This document shows, piece by piece, positions 48,017 to 57,487 of a stretch of DNA of 64,000 bases. The translations under genes and the position numbers were made by a program. How positions within the stretch are numbered: the first letter of the stretch is position 1; every line of letters begins with the position of its first letter. The DNA lies in the IMG/VR virus record IMGVR_UViG_3300009034_000863; one strand, given 5' to 3'. Origin of the DNA: an uncultured virus (IMG/VR IMGVR_UViG_3300009034_000863). Taxonomy: Duplodnaviria > Heunggongvirae > Uroviricota > Caudoviricetes. Below the pieces are notes generated by a model that made no database searches, was not told the origin of the DNA, and saw only the letters and a list, made by a program, of their open reading frames with translations.

Positions 48017-51000
48017 GAAAAGAAGAACTTCATGACATAAGAAAAACTATTGAAAATATTCCAGAACTTCTTAATATTCTGATTGAGGCTAGAGGTGGAG
48101 ATCCTGAAACTACACTTTATTCAGATAGTGAGACTTTAGGCGATTATACTGGTTCAGGTGATTCACCATACGTACAAAGTGATGACGCAAACTATATCTT
48201 TGCAGCGTCCAAGAAAGCTACTTCTGGAGATATAACTTTTGATAATTTGCCTGGAAATGCTGAGTCAATCAACACAGTAGTAATAAAAATAGAAACATAC
48301 CTAGTAGGAGCAAGTAAATCTGGTTTATTATGGGTATGGGATAATTCGGCTTCAATATACCAAGATTATCCATTAAGTTTTCCACAAGATACTTGGCAGG
48401 AACAGGAAATAGATGTTTCAGATAATATTACTGATGTTACTGAAGTAAATGCATTAAAATGTTATGTTGAAGGTCCTAATATAGCAAATCAGGTAAGAGT
48501 AGACTATGTCTGGGTAGATGTTAATTATAATGAAACAGCAGCAGTCTCCACTGCTTATGAAGATGTTCCTACTAGAATAAATATACAAATAGAAGATATA
48601 AAGGATATAGCAGTTAGAATTAGAACTGAAACTGAAGAATTTAAAGATACAGCAGTTAGAATTAGAACAGAAATAAAAGATTACAAAGACATCCTTACGA
48701 GGATGAGAATAGATACTGGTGCATTCAAAGATTTACTTACTAGAGTAAGAATAGAGGCAGAAGAATATTCTGATATTTTAACTAGAGTAAGGGTAGAATA
48801 TGAAGAATTTCAGGACATATTAACTAGAATTAGATTAAGAACTCAAGAATATAAAGACATTCAAACTCGAATAAGAGTTCAATTAGAATCCTACAAAGAT
48901 GTTTTAACTCGTATTAAATTAGAAGACATAGGATATAAGGATATTCTGACTAGAATTAGAGTGGCTAGTACTGTTTACAAGAATATTTTAGTACAGTTAA
49001 AAATCGGAACGACAGAGTACAAAGATATTTTAACTAGGATAAGAACACAAGTTGGACCTCTTTATACTGATGTCTTAGGTAGAACTAGGATTAGATTAGC
49101 TTGGGGAAAAACAGATAAAGGTATCAATTGGTGGAAAGATCCTAATGTTATAGCTATATGCAGATATCTATCCACTGAAGATGGAATAGCAGATGGTATA
49201 TCAGTTTACCTTAATAGAGATGGAACAGGAGATATACACTTCAAGTGTGCTTTATATTCTGATGATCGAGTATTATTAGGAGTAACTTCAGAGAGAACAC
49301 TTGTTAGACCATTTGACGGATGGTTTGATTTCCCTTTTGAAGAGCAGCCAATCATAGTAGATAATACTTACTATCGTCTTGCTAGCTGGTCAGACGGAGG
49401 GAGGTTGATCTATTATAATGAAGTTCCAACTGTTGTCTATGAAGAAGACGTTGAAGTGTATAATTCTTTTCCTAATCCTTACACTGCTGATTCTACAGAA
49501 ACTCATGAGATTTCAATGTATCTTTATTACACTAGAGGAACAGCATTTGATATTCCTGCAAGGATAAGAATTCAAACAGAACAGTTTACTGATATTTTAT
49601 CGAGAATTAGAATATCATATACTGAATACAAAGATGTCCTTTCAAGGATTAGATTAGCAGCTACAACATTTCAGGATTATTCGACAAGGGTAAGGATTCA
49701 GTCAGCAGCAGATTATAAGGATATATTAGCTAGGGTTAAAATTAGAGTTTCAGAATATAAGGATATCCTTACAAGAATTAGAACACAAATAGAAATTTAC
49801 TTGGATAGATTGGTACAATTAAGGTTAGAAAGTATTGGATTAAAAGATGTTCTTACTAGAATTAGAATAGGAACACAACTTTTCAAAGATATTCTTTCTA
49901 TAGTAAGAATACGATACCTTTCCTATTCAGATATTATGTCTAGGATAAGAATAGAAGTTCGGGAATATCAAGATTATCTTGCTAGATTGAAAATTGAAGA
50001 GATAGGATATAAAGATATTCTTACAAGAATAAAAACTCAGACAGAGATATACCAAGATGTATTGACAAGAGTGCGAACTCAATATACTCTTTACAAAGAT
50101 ATTCCAATAAGAATTAGGACCATACCATTACGTTATTCAGATATTTATGCAATTATCAAATTTACTCCTATGTATTACTCAGACATCTTAGGTAGAATTA
50201 AGATTCTAGCAGAGGAATATAAGGATTTAACCGTTAGAATTAGAACTCAATTTTTAGAAAACTCAGATTATTTAGTTAGAGTACGGTCTGAAGCAGAAGA
50301 ATATAAGGATATAAGTTCTAGGATTAGAACTCAAGTAGAGGAATACTTGGATAAATTAACTAGAATTAGAATACAAACAACTAAGTATGCAGATATATTA
50401 TCTTCTATTAGAATTCATATGGAAGAATATATTGATATTCTTTCTAGAATAAGAATAGCACCACTTGAATTCAGAGATATAATGGTTAGAATTAGGACAA
50501 GAGAAGGAGCGTTCTATTCAAATGTACTTGTAAGGATAATATTAGAAACTACTAGATATATTAACATTTTATCTCGAATGAGAATAATGGCTAGAGAATA
50601 TAAAACTGTTTGGTCATATTTTATCAGTCCTGTAATGATAGAAGACTTTGAAGATCCACCTCATATACTTGGTCCTCCAGCAGAAACTAAATGGGACAAT
50701 GTCAGTGGAGTAGAAGTAACTACCAGTGAAAGACATCATGGTGAAAGGTCTGGATATTTTGAACCATACTGGTATATGAGAAAAAAGGTTTATGAGAACA
50801 ACTATGTTCATTCAAGATATTACATAAAAGTTCCTAAATTGCCTAAAGTCGCTGATCCATCTCCAGAAGAATATATTATATTTCAATGGGTTTACGACTG
50901 GAATATTAGAAATTTGGGTTACTGGTTATTATGGAGAGAAGATAATGGTGACCTTAAGTTTTCTCTTCAACAAAGCATTGAACCAGACATTGATTATTCA

Positions 51001-51447
51001 GCTCCTATATCATGGAACACTAATGTGTGGCATCTTATTGAAATTGGATATCGTATAGATGAGAATGGATGGGTTAAAATGTGGTATGATGGAGAACTAA
51101 TGATAGAAAGAAGTTTGGATTGTGGTAATGTTAATCCTCCAATTATGCATGTGTTTGGAGTAATAGGTAAAAATATGGATGATCCTGTTACAATGTATAA
51201 AGACTGTCTTTGGATTGTACCTACTAGAATTTTTCCTGAACCATACATGGATTATTTGACTAGAATACGCATTGCCGAGATAGTGTGGTATTATAAAAAT
51301 GTCCCTTCAATGATTAAACTTCGAGAACCGTTCCCACTGAAAACATCACTAGAAATTATGAGAAGACACATCAAACTAGAGGCTCTAACAAGAGGAATAG
51401 CTTTGGTTAGAAAACAGTGGTCTCTAGGACTGGACCCAACTTCTTAA
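47989..51447 (+). CDS. large repeat-containing fibre/adhesin-like virion protein
   Basis: About 40 copies of a 14-aa unit (xYKDILTRIRIxxx) with three beta-rich domains; the last (WHLIEI...VKMWYDG) looks ConA/LamG-like. Confidence 0.75.
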   Translation: MDNETIRKLRKEELHDIRKTIENIPELLNILIEARGGDPETTLYSDSETLGDYTGSGDSPYVQSDDANYIFAASKKATSGDITFDNLPGNAESINTVVIKIETYLVGASKSGLLWVWDNSASIYQDYPLSFPQDTWQEQEIDVSDNITDVTEVNALKCYVEGPNIANQVRVDYVWVDVNYNETAAVSTAYEDVPTRINIQIEDIKDIAVRIRTETEEFKDTAVRIRTEIKDYKDILTRMRIDTGAFKDLLTRVRIEAEEYSDILTRVRVEYEEFQDILTRIRLRTQEYKDIQTRIRVQLESYKDVLTRIKLEDIGYKDILTRIRVASTVYKNILVQLKIGTTEYKDILTRIRTQVGPLYTDVLGRTRIRLAWGKTDKGINWWKDPNVIAICRYLSTEDGIADGISVYLNRDGTGDIHFKCALYSDDRVLLGVTSERTLVRPFDGWFDFPFEEQPIIVDNTYYRLASWSDGGRLIYYNEVPTVVYEEDVEVYNSFPNPYTADSTETHEISMYLYYTRGTAFDIPARIRIQTEQFTDILSRIRISYTEYKDVLSRIRLAATTFQDYSTRVRIQSAADYKDILARVKIRVSEYKDILTRIRTQIEIYLDRLVQLRLESIGLKDVLTRIRIGTQLFKDILSIVRIRYLSYSDIMSRIRIEVREYQDYLARLKIEEIGYKDILTRIKTQTEIYQDVLTRVRTQYTLYKDIPIRIRTIPLRYSDIYAIIKFTPMYYSDILGRIKILAEEYKDLTVRIRTQFLENSDYLVRVRSEAEEYKDISSRIRTQVEEYLDKLTRIRIQTTKYADILSSIRIHMEEYIDILSRIRIAPLEFRDIMVRIRTREGAFYSNVLVRIILETTRYINILSRMRIMAREYKTVWSYFISPVMIEDFEDPPHILGPPAETKWDNVSGVEVTTSERHHGERSGYFEPYWYMRKKVYENNYVHSRYYIKVPKLPKVADPSPEEYIIFQWVYDWNIRNLGYWLLWREDNGDLKFSLQQSIEPDIDYSAPISWNTNVWHLIEIGYRIDENGWVKMWYDGELMIERSLDCGNVNPPIMHVFGVIGKNMDDPVTMYKDCLWIVPTRIFPEPYMDYLTRIRIAEIVWYYKNVPSMIKLREPFPLKTSLEIMRRHIKLEALTRGIALVRKQWSLGLDPTS
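48553..50610 (+). repeat. degenerate 42-nt / 14-aa tandem repeats in two blocks
   Basis: About 13 units (about 48553-49100) and about 25 units (about 49540-50610), consensus Y-K-D-I-L-T-R-I-R-I. Confidence 0.9.
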
Positions 51448-51499
51448 AAAGAAATATATATTAATATCTGAGAACACTTATAAATAGGAGGAACTCATC

Positions 51500-51796
51500 A
51501 TGGGGCTTGCTATATTTGAATTAGGTTCAGAAGTAAGGTTTAGAGCTACCGTTACAGATTATGATGCTAAAACATTATTCAATCCAGATTCTCAGACAGT
51601 GACGTTAATATCTGGTTCTTCTACAGTTACTAGTGGTACTCCAACATCTGAGAGTACAGGTATATTTTATTTCTCTTATCAATCAAGTAATACAGATCCT
51701 GAAGGTTATTGGTATGTAGAATGGAGTATTACTAAGTCAGCTATAACTACGATAGCGAGAAAGAAATTCTTGGTGCAGAATTCTGGGGCGGAATAG
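51500..51796 (+). CDS. Ig-like/beta-sandwich virion adaptor protein
   Basis: G..VRF.A...D....NPD..VT...STGIFY...GYWYVEW pattern; follows the fibre gene. Confidence 0.6.
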   Translation: MGLAIFELGSEVRFRATVTDYDAKTLFNPDSQTVTLISGSSTVTSGTPTSESTGIFYFSYQSSNTDPEGYWYVEWSITKSAITTIARKKFLVQNSGAE

Positions 51797-51882
51797 TAAT
51801 TGAAGAAAAACGTAGAGGATATAAAAGAGGAGCAATATATATTAAGGAATGACTCCAGAACTATGCAAGAGGGAGAATGTAG

Positions 51883-53331
51883 TTGTCAGGGACTGAATAT
51901 AGTAAAGAAGATTTAGTAAAAGATAATTCAGGGGTAGTAAAGGAGCTTCTTGTAGAATTAGAAAAGACAAAAGGAAATCTTAAAGATTATAAAGATCATT
52001 CTAGACATATTACATGTCTAAGTTCTTGGATAGTTACGACTTCTGGTAAACCAGTTAAAATAACAGGTATAGCATTAGCAGAAGGAAACTGGAAGGGGGT
52101 TCTATATCCATTAGAAGAAATACAGAAGGCAGCAGATCAACTTGTAGGAACACCATTGAAAGTCGAACATGGTCAGACAAGTCAATATGCAGGAAGAGAG
52201 GTAGGCAAAGTAACTGCTGCTAAGTTTGATGACATGGTTAAAGCACTATTATTTGAGGCTGAGGTCACAGATCAAGAAGCTATTAGAGATGTATTAAAGA
52301 GACGATTCAAAGCTGTATCAATGGCAACTTCTATGGAATATATTCCAGCTAGCGGTCAGGTAGCAGGTAAAGACTTTGAATTCCTAGAGATATCTCTGGT
52401 AGAGAACCCAGCTTGTGATTCCTGCTACATTCTTCATTTTGAACAATCCTTAAGTATGATGAAGGATAATAATAAAAATATAAAGGAGGATGAGGTGATA
52501 GAAATGGCTAAAGATAGGTTTTACTTAGCTTCAGAGGAAATAACTATAGACATGCCTGCTGATCTTACCATTCCAGTAGAAACATTGAATAAGTTTGGTG
52601 AAGCAATTGGTTTTCAATTCCTTAAGTCCGAAAGTGCTACTGACAAAGAAGGAAATGCAGTGATGAGATATACTTATCAGTACAAGAAATATCCTCAGAC
52701 GGATATTCCAGTGACTAAAGAATCTCTTAGTAAGGAAGAGATTTCTGGCTTGATGGATGAGAAACTAGAGGACTTCAAGAAAGAGCTTGAAGGAATGATT
52801 ACTGCTGCTGTTAAGCCTAAAGAAGAGAAATCAGAGACAGAAGACTTGGACAAACATGTTGAGGCTTACAAAAAGCATATGGAAGAAGGTATAGCTAGTG
52901 GAAAATCAATAAAAGAATGTGATGAACTATGGAAGGCAAAAGAAGAGAAGTCAGAAGAGGAAACTGAGAAGAAAGAGGAAGATACTAAAGATACAGAAGA
53001 AAAGACAGAAGACAAGACTGAGGACAAGGAAAAGGACACAGAGAAGAAGACAGAGGACAAGACTGAAGACAAGACAGAAAAGAAATCAGATGAAGACAAA
53101 GATGAGAAGAAAGACACTGAAGAGAAAACAGATGACAAATCAGGAGAGGAAGATGGAAAACCCCAAAAGGACAAGGAAGAGAAATCAGACGAAGATAAGT
53201 CTGATGAAAACAAAGAGAAACCAGATGCAGAGAAGACTCATGAAGAGAAATTAAGTGAGTTAGGTCCAGCTGAAGCTGCAGTAGGTATAATCCAATACAT
53301 GCAAAGAATGAGAGGAAGAAAGAATGAGTAA
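51883..53331 (+). CDS. prohead protease fused to acidic scaffold
   Basis: ITGIA, Y..EEI..A, LKVEH, VG.V, AVSM, EISLVENPAC (HK97/herpes-type protease); K/E/D-rich C-terminal half. Confidence 0.85.
   Translation: MSGTEYSKEDLVKDNSGVVKELLVELEKTKGNLKDYKDHSRHITCLSSWIVTTSGKPVKITGIALAEGNWKGVLYPLEEIQKAADQLVGTPLKVEHGQTSQYAGREVGKVTAAKFDDMVKALLFEAEVTDQEAIRDVLKRRFKAVSMATSMEYIPASGQVAGKDFEFLEISLVENPACDSCYILHFEQSLSMMKDNNKNIKEDEVIEMAKDRFYLASEEITIDMPADLTIPVETLNKFGEAIGFQFLKSESATDKEGNAVMRYTYQYKKYPQTDIPVTKESLSKEEISGLMDEKLEDFKKELEGMITAAVKPKEEKSETEDLDKHVEAYKKHMEEGIASGKSIKECDELWKAKEEKSEEETEKKEEDTKDTEEKTEDKTEDKEKDTEKKTEDKTEDKTEKKSDEDKDEKKDTEEKTDDKSGEEDGKPQKDKEEKSDEDKSDENKEKPDAEKTHEEKLSELGPAEAAVGIIQYMQRMRGRKNE
52940..53245 (+). 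repeat. low-complexity KTEDK/EEKSD repeats in the scaffold
   Basis: Purine-rich repeats encoding KTEDKTEDKEKDTEKKTEDKTEDK. Confidence 0.8.
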
Positions 53332-53575
53332 ACGAGGAACTGAGCTTCTTAAGGCTGAGAAAAAGATCCATGAACTAAGCAGAAAAGTAGAGACATTAAA
53401 CAAACAGATCAAGAAGAAAGACATAGAGATACAAAAACTTAGTAAAATAATTCAAGAGACACCAATAATGTACACCAAAAGGATCATAAAGCCTGAGATG
53501 GAAACTAGTGATGGCAAGGACGTAGATAGCAAAGCAGAAGACGCAGCAAAAGCTGTAATCGGAATCGGTAAATAA
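53324..53575 (+). CDS. small coiled-coil protein (scaffold-like)
   Basis: Heptad pattern; lies between protease/scaffold and MCP. Confidence 0.6.
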   Translation: MSKRGTELLKAEKKIHELSRKVETLNKQIKKKDIEIQKLSKIIQETPIMYTKRIIKPEMETSDGKDVDSKAEDAAKAVIGIGK

Positions 53576-53579
53576 TAAA

Positions 53580-53597
53580 TACCCCTTTTCTTTTTTA
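53580..53597 (+). terminator. pyrimidine/T-rich archaeal terminator
   Basis: CCCCTTTTCTTTTTT immediately after the stop codon. Confidence 0.55.
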
Positions 53598-53607
53598 ACG
53601 TAAACTC

Positions 53608-53668
53608 TTTATATATACAATATATTTAAATACAGACATCCTTATAAATAAGGATGGAGGGAGGTGGA
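53608..53668 (+). promoter_or_regulatory. MCP promoter and strong SD
   Basis: TTTATATA and TTTAAATA boxes; GGAGGGAGGTG SD. Confidence 0.6.
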
Positions 53669-53675
53669 ATAAATA

Positions 53676-54746
53676 ATGAGAGCTGTTGAGGTACTGGCTG
53701 CTATAACCTCTGGAGATATTACTGGGCTGTACCCTAAGATAATGACAGCTGTGGAAGCAGCTGCTAGGGAAGCTCGTTTTGGAAGACAATTGGTAAAAGA
53801 GAACAGAGACCTTAAAGGTACTAAGGGACGAACCCTAACTGTTCCATACCGATCCCGTATTGCTTATTCTGGTTCAACTGCTGTAGGATATGTTGCTGAA
53901 GGTGCAACTCCAACGACTGTACAGGCAACATACACAATTGTAGAGGCAACTGTGACAAAGATTGGTGCTAACTTCCAGATAACTCAGGAAGCAATAGATT
54001 CTGTTGCTGTTGACATTATAAAGGACCAAATAATGGAAGTTGGTGAAGCACTTGCTGACTTTGAGGATTGGATGATTATGGATGAATTGTACGGCATGAC
54101 TGAATATACATCAATTATATCTGGTGATTTGACAATGACTTTGACAGGACCTTTGCTGGAATTACTTGAATACAGAGAGACTGATGCTGCAGGAACCGAC
54201 AAGTCTGGTGAAATAACTTCTAAGGATGCTTATAGTGCTGCGAGTCCAACTGAATGTACGATCATTGTGTCAGCTACATATACTAACGTCTTTTTCAAGT
54301 GGAAGGCTTCTGGACGAACCAATTGGTTTGAAGGAGTAGGAACTACAACTGAAGCAGATTATATAGACCTTGTCAAGGGAAGAACTGAAATGAAGAAACT
54401 ACATTATAAACCTAATGTAGCAATCCTAGGACCCGATCATGAAGCAAAGTTGCTGGAAGATTCTAGATTCATTGACACTAGCCAATATGGTGATAGGGCA
54501 CCTATCTTGAAAGGTGAGATAGGAAAAGCTGCAGGACTTAAACTATTGACTTGTATCCATTCGTATCCACATTGCGTAATGTTCTTGGACACTAGTAGAG
54601 CTGGATGGTTGCTTTTGAAGAGAGATCTAGACATGAAACTTAAAGAATTACCTGAAGTAGACTCATACGCATATTACTTCTATATGGAACTATTGCCAAA
54701 GGTTATACATGAAGACGCTATAGTTTGCGTTGCAGTGGACGAGTAA
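53676..54746 (+). CDS. major capsid protein (HK97 fold)
   Basis: G.TLTVP, VAEG..P, KIG..FQITQEAI, PNVAILGP, GEIG...GL; follows the protease/scaffold gene. Confidence 0.92.
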   Translation: MRAVEVLAAITSGDITGLYPKIMTAVEAAAREARFGRQLVKENRDLKGTKGRTLTVPYRSRIAYSGSTAVGYVAEGATPTTVQATYTIVEATVTKIGANFQITQEAIDSVAVDIIKDQIMEVGEALADFEDWMIMDELYGMTEYTSIISGDLTMTLTGPLLELLEYRETDAAGTDKSGEITSKDAYSAASPTECTIIVSATYTNVFFKWKASGRTNWFEGVGTTTEADYIDLVKGRTEMKKLHYKPNVAILGPDHEAKLLEDSRFIDTSQYGDRAPILKGEIGKAAGLKLLTCIHSYPHCVMFLDTSRAGWLLLKRDLDMKLKELPEVDSYAYYFYMELLPKVIHEDAIVCVAVDE

Positions 54747-54769
54747 AAGCCATAATTATTTATTCTAAC

Positions 54770-54815
54770 GACATATTCCTCTTTGTAGGAGTATGTCAAT
54801 AAACTTTATTTTTAT
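54770..54815 (+). terminator. hairpin plus T-tract after MCP
   Basis: 11-bp stem GACATATTCCT/AGGAGTATGTC (one G-U pair), loop CTTTGT, followed by TTTATTTTT. Confidence 0.6.
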
Positions 54816-54865
54816 AATCTTCTTTATAAGATAGTGTATATTATATTAAACAGGGAGGACCAAGA

Positions 54866-55621
54866 ATGGTATATAATGAACCAGATGATGTTCGTAGGAT
54901 AGGAAACTTAACTCCTAAACAGGCACCTAACGATCTACTGCAAGAATTCATAAATAAAGCAGATAGATCTCTTATTAACGGAATAACTGTTCAGGTAAGA
55001 AATGAAGAAATGGTAGATGATATCAATCGTAATTATAAACAGGTTATAGACGGTGACAATAAAGTATATTATACTCAACATTTTCCATTAGCTGATACTA
55101 ATGCTACTTACACTGAAATAAATAGCATTACGAAATGGGTATGGACAGACGATATTACAGTATATACATGGGGTACAAAGTTTGATGAGAGTACAAGGTC
55201 AGAAGTAACGGTTATTGATATTAATGATAAGACTGGAAGAATAGAGTTAGAGACAGCTCCTTCTGCAGCAAGTGTTGCTTGGGTTACTTGTGAATATTCT
55301 TATTATTACAATGAAATGGATTGGGATTTAATACAGGAAGTAGCAGCTTTAGGGGCATTACTAAGATGGGCTAGGAGAATATATTTCTGGCAACCTGATA
55401 GTGCAAGGATTGGACCATTAGATATCAAGTTTATCCCTAGAGGAAGTAAACTTGGAACTATTGAAGGAGGATTACCAACTACAAGAATTTATAGAGCATA
55501 TGTTAGAGGTCTTAATTTACTTAAGAAGAAACCATTTGCTAAGACTAAGGCTAGAGATATTAAAAGAATACGACAGATAGAAGAGAAAGACGATTTCATC
55601 TATACTGATATTCCACAGTAG
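54866..55621 (+). CDS. head-tail adaptor protein (with inserted domain)
   Basis: Y..PDDVR...I..AD..IN N-terminus; position after MCP. Confidence 0.7.
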   Translation: MVYNEPDDVRRIGNLTPKQAPNDLLQEFINKADRSLINGITVQVRNEEMVDDINRNYKQVIDGDNKVYYTQHFPLADTNATYTEINSITKWVWTDDITVYTWGTKFDESTRSEVTVIDINDKTGRIELETAPSAASVAWVTCEYSYYYNEMDWDLIQEVAALGALLRWARRIYFWQPDSARIGPLDIKFIPRGSKLGTIEGGLPTTRIYRAYVRGLNLLKKKPFAKTKARDIKRIRQIEEKDDFIYTDIPQ

Positions 55622-55630
55622 GGATAGGAG

Positions 55631-55990
55631 ATGTTTGTCCTAGAAACTATGTTAGATAGGGATTACACCCTGAAGAAAATAACTGAAAGAGTAGTGGATG
55701 ATATTTATGGTACTACTGAAGTTTCAGAAACAGAATATGAAATAAAAGGCATGATTATTCCTTTGACAACTGAAGATTTAAGATATGAACTCGGAGGTAA
55801 ATATGAAGCAGGAGATGCCAGAGGATATTTTCTTCAAGAATATATTATAGGAACAGAGATTATAACAGTTAAAAACAATGATATTTTAGTTGATGGAGAA
55901 AAGAATTATAGAGTAGATATCTATAATGATTATAAATGGAAGAACATTGAAGTCAGAGAAGTATATATGAGGAGAATAAAAGATGCCTAA
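55631..55990 (+). CDS. head closure (stopper) protein
   Basis: DIYG...EIKG.I.P...G...GD...ND.L..YRV; synteny. Confidence 0.7.
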   Translation: MFVLETMLDRDYTLKKITERVVDDIYGTTEVSETEYEIKGMIIPLTTEDLRYELGGKYEAGDARGYFLQEYIIGTEIITVKNNDILVDGEKNYRVDIYNDYKWKNIEVREVYMRRIKDA

Positions 55991-56522
55991 ACAATCTAAA
56001 TCTAATCTTAAGAAATTTATTAAGGGTTTCAAGAGAATAATAAGGGAAGAAATGTACTGGGCATCTAGAAGAGTACCCAAGGCTATAGCTGAAGCATGTC
56101 CTGCTCCAGGCATGAAGAATTCTTTTGATGGTAAATATAGTAGAACCAGAGAAGGAGCAGGATTTGAAGTAACAACCAATTTCCAACCAGTCATTGCTGT
56201 GTTTGCTATGGAGTTTGGTAGAAGAGGATTACCAATGAGAGGAAAGGCAGCATTTCCAGCTGGAGGATATCCATTAAAGGTAAAGACTGCTATCAAAACT
56301 AGAAGACGAGGGTATGGAGAGAAAGAAACAGTTAGAGGAGAGAAGATGTACGGAAGAGAGAAGGAAAAGTTTGAGGAAGAAGGAATAGTTATAAGACCTG
56401 GTCCCATTGCTCCACAGAGAGCTACATTCTTTATTAGTAGAACATGGGGACAGGAACTAAGAAATATTAAGAGTAGAATAGGAACAAGATTAGAGGGACT
56501 AGCAAGGAGAACTGCATTATGA
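55983..56522 (+). CDS. neck / tail-completion protein (HK97 gp10-like)
   Basis: Basic protein with G.MKNS, EFG and F...W pattern; synteny. Confidence 0.6.
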   Translation: MPKQSKSNLKKFIKGFKRIIREEMYWASRRVPKAIAEACPAPGMKNSFDGKYSRTREGAGFEVTTNFQPVIAVFAMEFGRRGLPMRGKAAFPAGGYPLKVKTAIKTRRRGYGEKETVRGEKMYGREKEKFEEEGIVIRPGPIAPQRATFFISRTWGQELRNIKSRIGTRLEGLARRTAL

Positions 56523-56983
56523 GTTTCACATTTGAAGGTCTTACAAGAAATATTATTACTTTCTTAAGAGACATATTAGACGATCCTATTTCTAGAGGTA
56601 CTGAATGGATATATCCAGATTATCCTAGAGTAGATGCTACTTTGCCTAGAATATCTATTATTCAGAGTGCTACTCCTTGGATAAGAGAATATATTAGTAA
56701 CCAACAGAGTATATGGGATGTAGGATATACTCTAGACATATGGGTAGATTCTAAAAAGAAAGTAAGTATAGGAAATGAAGTTTATTCAGGTAGCAAACTT
56801 AGAGAATATTTGACTGATTTAGTTGTAGCAGCTTTCTTGGATAACAAATTAACACTAGAATCAGATTATGGAATCATGGACGTAATATTAGGATCTATAT
56901 TTACTCATCCATATAATCAAGAGTTAGATGAATATAGAAAGACTATACCTCTAACCTTTGTTGTAGTCAGAACTACTGGATAA
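56519..56983 (+). CDS. tail terminator protein
   Basis: IYPDYP....PRISI...DIW; lies just before the tail tube. Confidence 0.7.
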   Translation: MSFTFEGLTRNIITFLRDILDDPISRGTEWIYPDYPRVDATLPRISIIQSATPWIREYISNQQSIWDVGYTLDIWVDSKKKVSIGNEVYSGSKLREYLTDLVVAAFLDNKLTLESDYGIMDVILGSIFTHPYNQELDEYRKTIPLTFVVVRTTG

Positions 56984-57064
56984 TATATATAAACAGGGAA
57001 CATTAATATCATTACTGAGATCGAGAGGATCTCATATAAACCAAGTAAGGGAGGTAAAAATTTA

Positions 57065-57487
57065 ATGAGTCCTACAGTTATTAAAGGCTGGAAAGCTGAA
57101 ATCTGGTCTAGCACTACTGCTGGAGGTCAAACTATGTACCAGGTAGGATATGCTGAATCAGCTACTATGGATATAGATTCTGCTGTTGACGAATTTCTGG
57201 CTGTTGGTTCTTTCCAACCAGTAGCTATTGCAGAAGGTCCAAGAATTCTTTCAGGAACACTTTCAGAGGCTTGGGTAGATAATACTCATATTGCATTCTT
57301 GTATGGTGATCCTACTACTAACGAACAAACTAGATGGCAAATATATCTGTACAATCCAACAAATAATCTATATGTCTGGGCATATGACTGCTTGATAGAG
57401 TCTCTTAGTGTAGACATTCCTGCTGATGGCTTCTTGACACAAGATGTAGATTTCAGAGCAACGTATTGGAACTATGGATCCTTCTAG
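57065..57487 (+). CDS. tail tube (major tail) protein
   Basis: VG..ES.T......E...VGS..P..I..G...SGTL...C.I.S.S.D......DVDFRA. Confidence 0.8.
   Translation: MSPTVIKGWKAEIWSSTTAGGQTMYQVGYAESATMDIDSAVDEFLAVGSFQPVAIAEGPRILSGTLSEAWVDNTHIAFLYGDPTTNEQTRWQIYLYNPTNNLYVWAYDCLIESLSVDIPADGFLTQDVDFRATYWNYGSF

Noticed and set aside
48553..50610. Regularly spaced repeats as a possible CRISPR array
   Set aside because: The repeats are degenerate at DNA level, conserved at protein level, in frame, and have no unique spacers.
50600..51447. Diversity-generating retroelement target in the fibre C-terminus
   Set aside because: No reverse transcriptase and no near-identical template repeat seen in the window.
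52919..53254. Alternative-frame Arg/Lys/Gln-rich plus-strand ORF
   Set aside because: Shadow of the low-complexity KTEDK scaffold repeats.
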